Origin: Minisyncoccia bacterium
Lineage (GTDB): Bacteria; Patescibacteriota; Minisyncoccia; SW-4-49-11
Length of the DNA: 64,000 bases
NCBI GenBank assembly: GCA_044356725.1
Contig: JBIKVS010000003.1
Coordinates: 34,446-98,445, forward strand
Direction of reading: 5' to 3'
Below, piece by piece: positions 61,190-64,000 of the stretch (positions within the stretch are counted from its first letter, which is position 1; every line of letters starts with the position of its first letter). Position numbers and translations under genes: made by a program. A model generated the notes under the pieces. That model saw only the letters and a list, made by a program, of their open reading frames with translations. It was not told where the DNA came from and ran no database searches.

Positions 61190-61619
61190 AGAGTATAATC
61201 TTAGTTTTGATAGTAGATGTGAGTTGAATATCTATATTATGTTTCCCTAACTCCTTAATTGGACTAGTGATTTGTATCATTGACTTATCTAATAATTGAT
61301 TGAATTTTGCATTTAAGGGCTCTAGAATATCCGCCTCTTTAATAGCCCCAAACAAATGGCCTTCTGCATTAGATTTCACGGTTAATGTCAACTCGTAATT
61401 TTCTAATTTTGACTGTAAATTTTGTAAGGCCAATAATCTCTCTTGGTCTATTATGTGTTTTTTAGATTGATTGGCTTTATATTTAGCTATTTCCTGTGCA
61501 GTAGGGATTATACCTAATCGTTTTTTTAATAAAAAGTTTTTGCCATAACCTTCAGCTACAGTGACTAATTCTCCTTTTCGCCCAACCTTATCTACATTAG
61601 AAGTTAAAAGTATTTGCAT
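61170..61619 (-). CDS. rplI: 50S ribosomal protein L9
   Basis: G..GELV.VA.GY.KNFL, LFGAI and IKELG motifs. Confidence 0.95.
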   Translation of the reverse strand: MQILLTSNVDKVGRKGELVTVAEGYGKNFLLKKRLGIIPTAQEIAKYKANQSKKHIIDQERLLALQNLQSKLENYELTLTVKSNAEGHLFGAIKEADILEPLNAKFNQLLDKSMIQITSPIKELGKHNIDIQLTSTIKTKIILYVKSEK

Positions 61620-61624
61620 ATATT

Positions 61625-61903
61625 TTAATGTATTATTCTAAACTCTCTTTTCTCATCAATATAGCCTTTATTATCCCAAACCTCGGCTATATTGTCAACT
61701 CTTGAGAGGCGAGAACCTATTTTTACTCTATCTCTAAAAGCTTGCAGTTCATTTTTTGCTCCCCAAGCCTCTACTTTCACCGTACCATTTGGTAAATTCT
61801 CTACCGTACCAATAATTCCGAATCCCGTGGCCACTTTGACCACAAAAACTCTAAATCTAACCATTTGTACTCTACCAGAAACTATGAGCTGTACATGATT
61901 CAT
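61625..61903 (-). CDS. acyP: Acylphosphatase
   Basis: VSGRVQMVRFR, GTVENLPNGTVKV. Confidence 0.85.
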   Translation of the reverse strand: MNHVQLIVSGRVQMVRFRVFVVKVATGFGIIGTVENLPNGTVKVEAWGAKNELQAFRDRVKIGSRLSRVDNIAEVWDNKGYIDEKREFRIIH

Positions 61904-61906
61904 AGA

Positions 61907-62530
61907 TTAACCAATAATTAAATTAGCTAATCCATATATAATGGGAGTAATTAACCCAAAACCAAAGAAAACAAAGACTAATACTATCCACATTCCTTGC
62001 TGTTCTAAAACTGCATAAAATTCACTTCGAAGGAATTTGTCTGGTAATAATGGAGCGATAATTTTAGAACCGTCTAAGGGTGGAATTGGTACTGAGTTAA
62101 ATACTGCTAGGACAATATTAATTATAATCGCTATAATAAATAATTGCCCCATCTCTGCTGGAATAGATGTAAAAATAGAAGCTACTCTATAAAAGACTCC
62201 TAATAAAATAGCTAATACCAAATTAGAGGCCGGCCCCGCCAAAGCCACCAGAGCTGGCGCCCATTTTTGATCTCTTAATAAATAGGGATTAAATGGTACT
62301 GGCTTAGCATATCCAAAGACAAAAGCGCCTCCACTAGCAAGCCCCATCAATAGAGGCAATATAACTGAACCATAAATATCTATATGAGGTATAGGATTTA
62401 AGGTCAACCTACCAGATAATTTAGCAGTAGGATCACCCAAAGACAATGCTACCACTCCATGAGAGACCTCGTGAATAATAACCGCAAAGATTAAAATAGT
62501 GATTTGAAATATAAATAGAATTGGATCCAT
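61907..62530 (-). CDS. Site-2 protease (M50) family
   Basis: HEVSHG, LAGPASN, FNSVPIPPLDG. Confidence 0.93.
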   Translation of the reverse strand: MDPILFIFQITILIFAVIIHEVSHGVVALSLGDPTAKLSGRLTLNPIPHIDIYGSVILPLLMGLASGGAFVFGYAKPVPFNPYLLRDQKWAPALVALAGPASNLVLAILLGVFYRVASIFTSIPAEMGQLFIIAIIINIVLAVFNSVPIPPLDGSKIIAPLLPDKFLRSEFYAVLEQQGMWIVLVFVFFGFGLITPIIYGLANLIIG

Positions 62531-62545
62531 AAATTATTATATGAG

Positions 62546-62574
62546 TTGACTTTTATTGATATAACAGTTATAAT
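62546..62574 (+). promoter_or_regulatory. rpmB promoter TTGACT-17-TATAAT
   Basis: Near-consensus boxes 48 nt upstream of rpmB. Confidence 0.7.
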
Positions 62575-62622
62575 AATAACATATATTGTCATTAATCTCA
62601 ATAATACCGTTAAATTTATACT

Positions 62623-62823
62623 ATGTCTCGACGATGTGAATTACCAATTTGTACCAAAAAAGCAATGGTTGTAACTAAGCGTAAACTTTTGCGTGGTAAC
62701 TATAATCCAACCAGTAAGCATACTCAGAAAGTAAATGTACAACCATATACATTACCTGATGGAACTAAAGTAAAGGCTTGTACTACCTGTATCCGTACTA
62801 TCAATAAAAGCCTAGCTGCTTAA
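62623..62823 (+). CDS. rpmB: 50S ribosomal protein L28
   Basis: MSRRC...C...N.Q...KACTTCIRT. Confidence 0.85.
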   Translation: MSRRCELPICTKKAMVVTKRKLLRGNYNPTSKHTQKVNVQPYTLPDGTKVKACTTCIRTINKSLAA

Positions 62824-62839
62824 ATATTGTATTTGAATT

Positions 62840-62877
62840 AAAAAGAGAGTGTATTTATAAAAGATGCGCTCTCTTTT
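62840..62877. terminator. Bidirectional terminator between rpmB and the SanA-like gene
   Basis: AAAAGAGAGTGTAT...ATGCGCTCTCTTTT. Confidence 0.75.
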
Positions 62878-62878
62878 G

Positions 62879-63517
62879 TTATATAATCTCCTCCTTTTCA
62901 CCTAAAAATTTAGGTTGTCGATTAAGAATATGTACATCCATCCAAGCTTGAGTACGAGCCATAATCTCCCTAACTTGAGTTCTAGCATTAAATGTCATAT
63001 TTACAGGTTCAGCTACAAAGCCTTCAGCATCAATCCCTAATGTTCTTGCAATATAAACAGCTCGCTTGACATGAAATTCCTGAGAGATAATTATAATATC
63101 ATTTTGCCCAAAGACATCCCTAGCCCTAATAACAGAATCTAGTGTTCTAAAACCAGCATAGTCAAGGACTATATCCTCATTTGGAATGCCTCGCTTTATC
63201 AAAGCTAACTGCATAGCTTTAGGCTCATTATAAGAAACCTGAGCATTGTCTCCACTTACTAGAATTTTTTTGATTTTACTATTTTCATATAATTTAGTAG
63301 CAGCCTCAATTCTATTAACAAAAAAGGGATTATCACCTCCTCCTATGGATTTTTCACTAGTTCCTAATACCAAACCAACTTTATGCTCTTGTACCTCATC
63401 TATATCTTTGAATATAAATGGAGTAGGATTATGATTAATAGTAGCATTGGTATAGGTTATAAAAACAATACCTCCAATTAATAGAATGCCTATAAATCTA
63501 CGAATAAATTGAATCAT
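62879..63517 (-). CDS. SanA/YdcF (DUF218) family protein
   Basis: LVSGDN...YNEP, DYAGFRTLDS, SQ.FH..RA, RE..AR. Confidence 0.9.
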   Translation of the reverse strand: MIQFIRRFIGILLIGGIVFITYTNATINHNPTPFIFKDIDEVQEHKVGLVLGTSEKSIGGGDNPFFVNRIEAATKLYENSKIKKILVSGDNAQVSYNEPKAMQLALIKRGIPNEDIVLDYAGFRTLDSVIRARDVFGQNDIIIISQEFHVKRAVYIARTLGIDAEGFVAEPVNMTFNARTQVREIMARTQAWMDVHILNRQPKFLGEKEEII

Positions 63518-63628
63518 ATAAAATATTATATCATATAATTTTATATTTTATACCAAAATGAGGAAGGTTCTAGATTCTATATTAAGTTGAGTAGAGATTA
63601 GATTTTATTATTAGCTATACTTAAATAC

Positions 63629-63659
63629 AATCACAGAGGATGTGCATCCTCTGTGATTT
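63629..63659. terminator. Hairpin downstream of the delta-60 gene
   Basis: AATCACAGAGGATG-TG-CATCCTCTGTGATT. Confidence 0.75.
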
Positions 63660-63680
63660 ATTAATTATAATCTATAATAC

Positions 63681-64000
63681 TTAATTCCCCACTCTGGTCA
63701 GATATCCAGCTAGTTGGTCTTGATAACTGGTAAAAGTTCCTCCCCCTACTATCTTACCATCACTTTGGATAGCGAGGGTATTTACCCAATTATTAAACCC
63801 TGTGCCTATATTAAAGCTAGTATCTATACTGCCATTACTATTTAGCCTTACTATTCTATTAGCTGCAACTCCTTGGTAGCTGGTAAAAAATCCTCCCCCT
63901 ACTATCTTACCATCACTTTGGATAGCGAGGGTATTTACCCAATTATTAAACCCTGTGCCTATATTAAAGCTAGTATCTATACTGCCATTACTATTTAGCC
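63681..64000 (-). CDS. C-terminus of a second delta-60 repeat protein (5' part outside the window)
   Basis: LNSNGSIDTSFNIGTGFNNWVNTLAIQSDGKIVGGG twice, then ...YLTRVGN*; 63738-63847 identical to 63891-64000 (153-bp period). Confidence 0.85.
   Translation of the reverse strand, partial: LNSNGSIDTSFNIGTGFNNWVNTLAIQSDGKIVGGGFFTSYQGVAANRIVRLNSNGSIDTSFNIGTGFNNWVNTLAIQSDGKIVGGGTFTSYQDQLAGYLTRVGN

Overview
AT-rich bacterial chromosome segment with most genes on the minus strand. Gene content and organisation (short HrcA, TrmB-like regulator, split ComEC, many type IV pilins, AT-rich leaders without Shine-Dalgarno motifs) suggest a Patescibacteria/CPR (Parcubacteria-like) organism; TGA is used as a stop codon. 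Housekeeping content includes groEL/ES with a CIRCE site, hrcA-grpE, ndk, rodA, ftsZ, murB, uvrC, smpB-ssrA-infC-rpmI-rplT, tig, nrdAB, rplKA, pyrG, rplI, rpmB, tRNA-Glu and tRNA-Val. A type IV pilus system has seven pilin-like genes, several fused to different adhesin-type domains, and there are two delta-60 repeat genes. The most interesting signals are mostly non-coding: (1) a 104-bp structured GC-rich element flanked by a 57-bp direct duplication of the tRNA-Glu 3' end plus trailer; (2) a GC-rich REP-like hairpin family at two loci, one beside a decayed DUF559 endonuclease gene and one carrying a nested insertion; (3) a G7 tract in the 17-bp spacer of a consensus promoter for a pilin with a DGR-target-like C-terminus; (4) an orphan consensus promoter with a hairpin-rich candidate sRNA; (5) an IS30-like remnant truncating a DedA/TVP38 gene; (6) tRNA-Val ending 2 nt before the comEC start. 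Family assignments come from motif recognition only; no searches were run.
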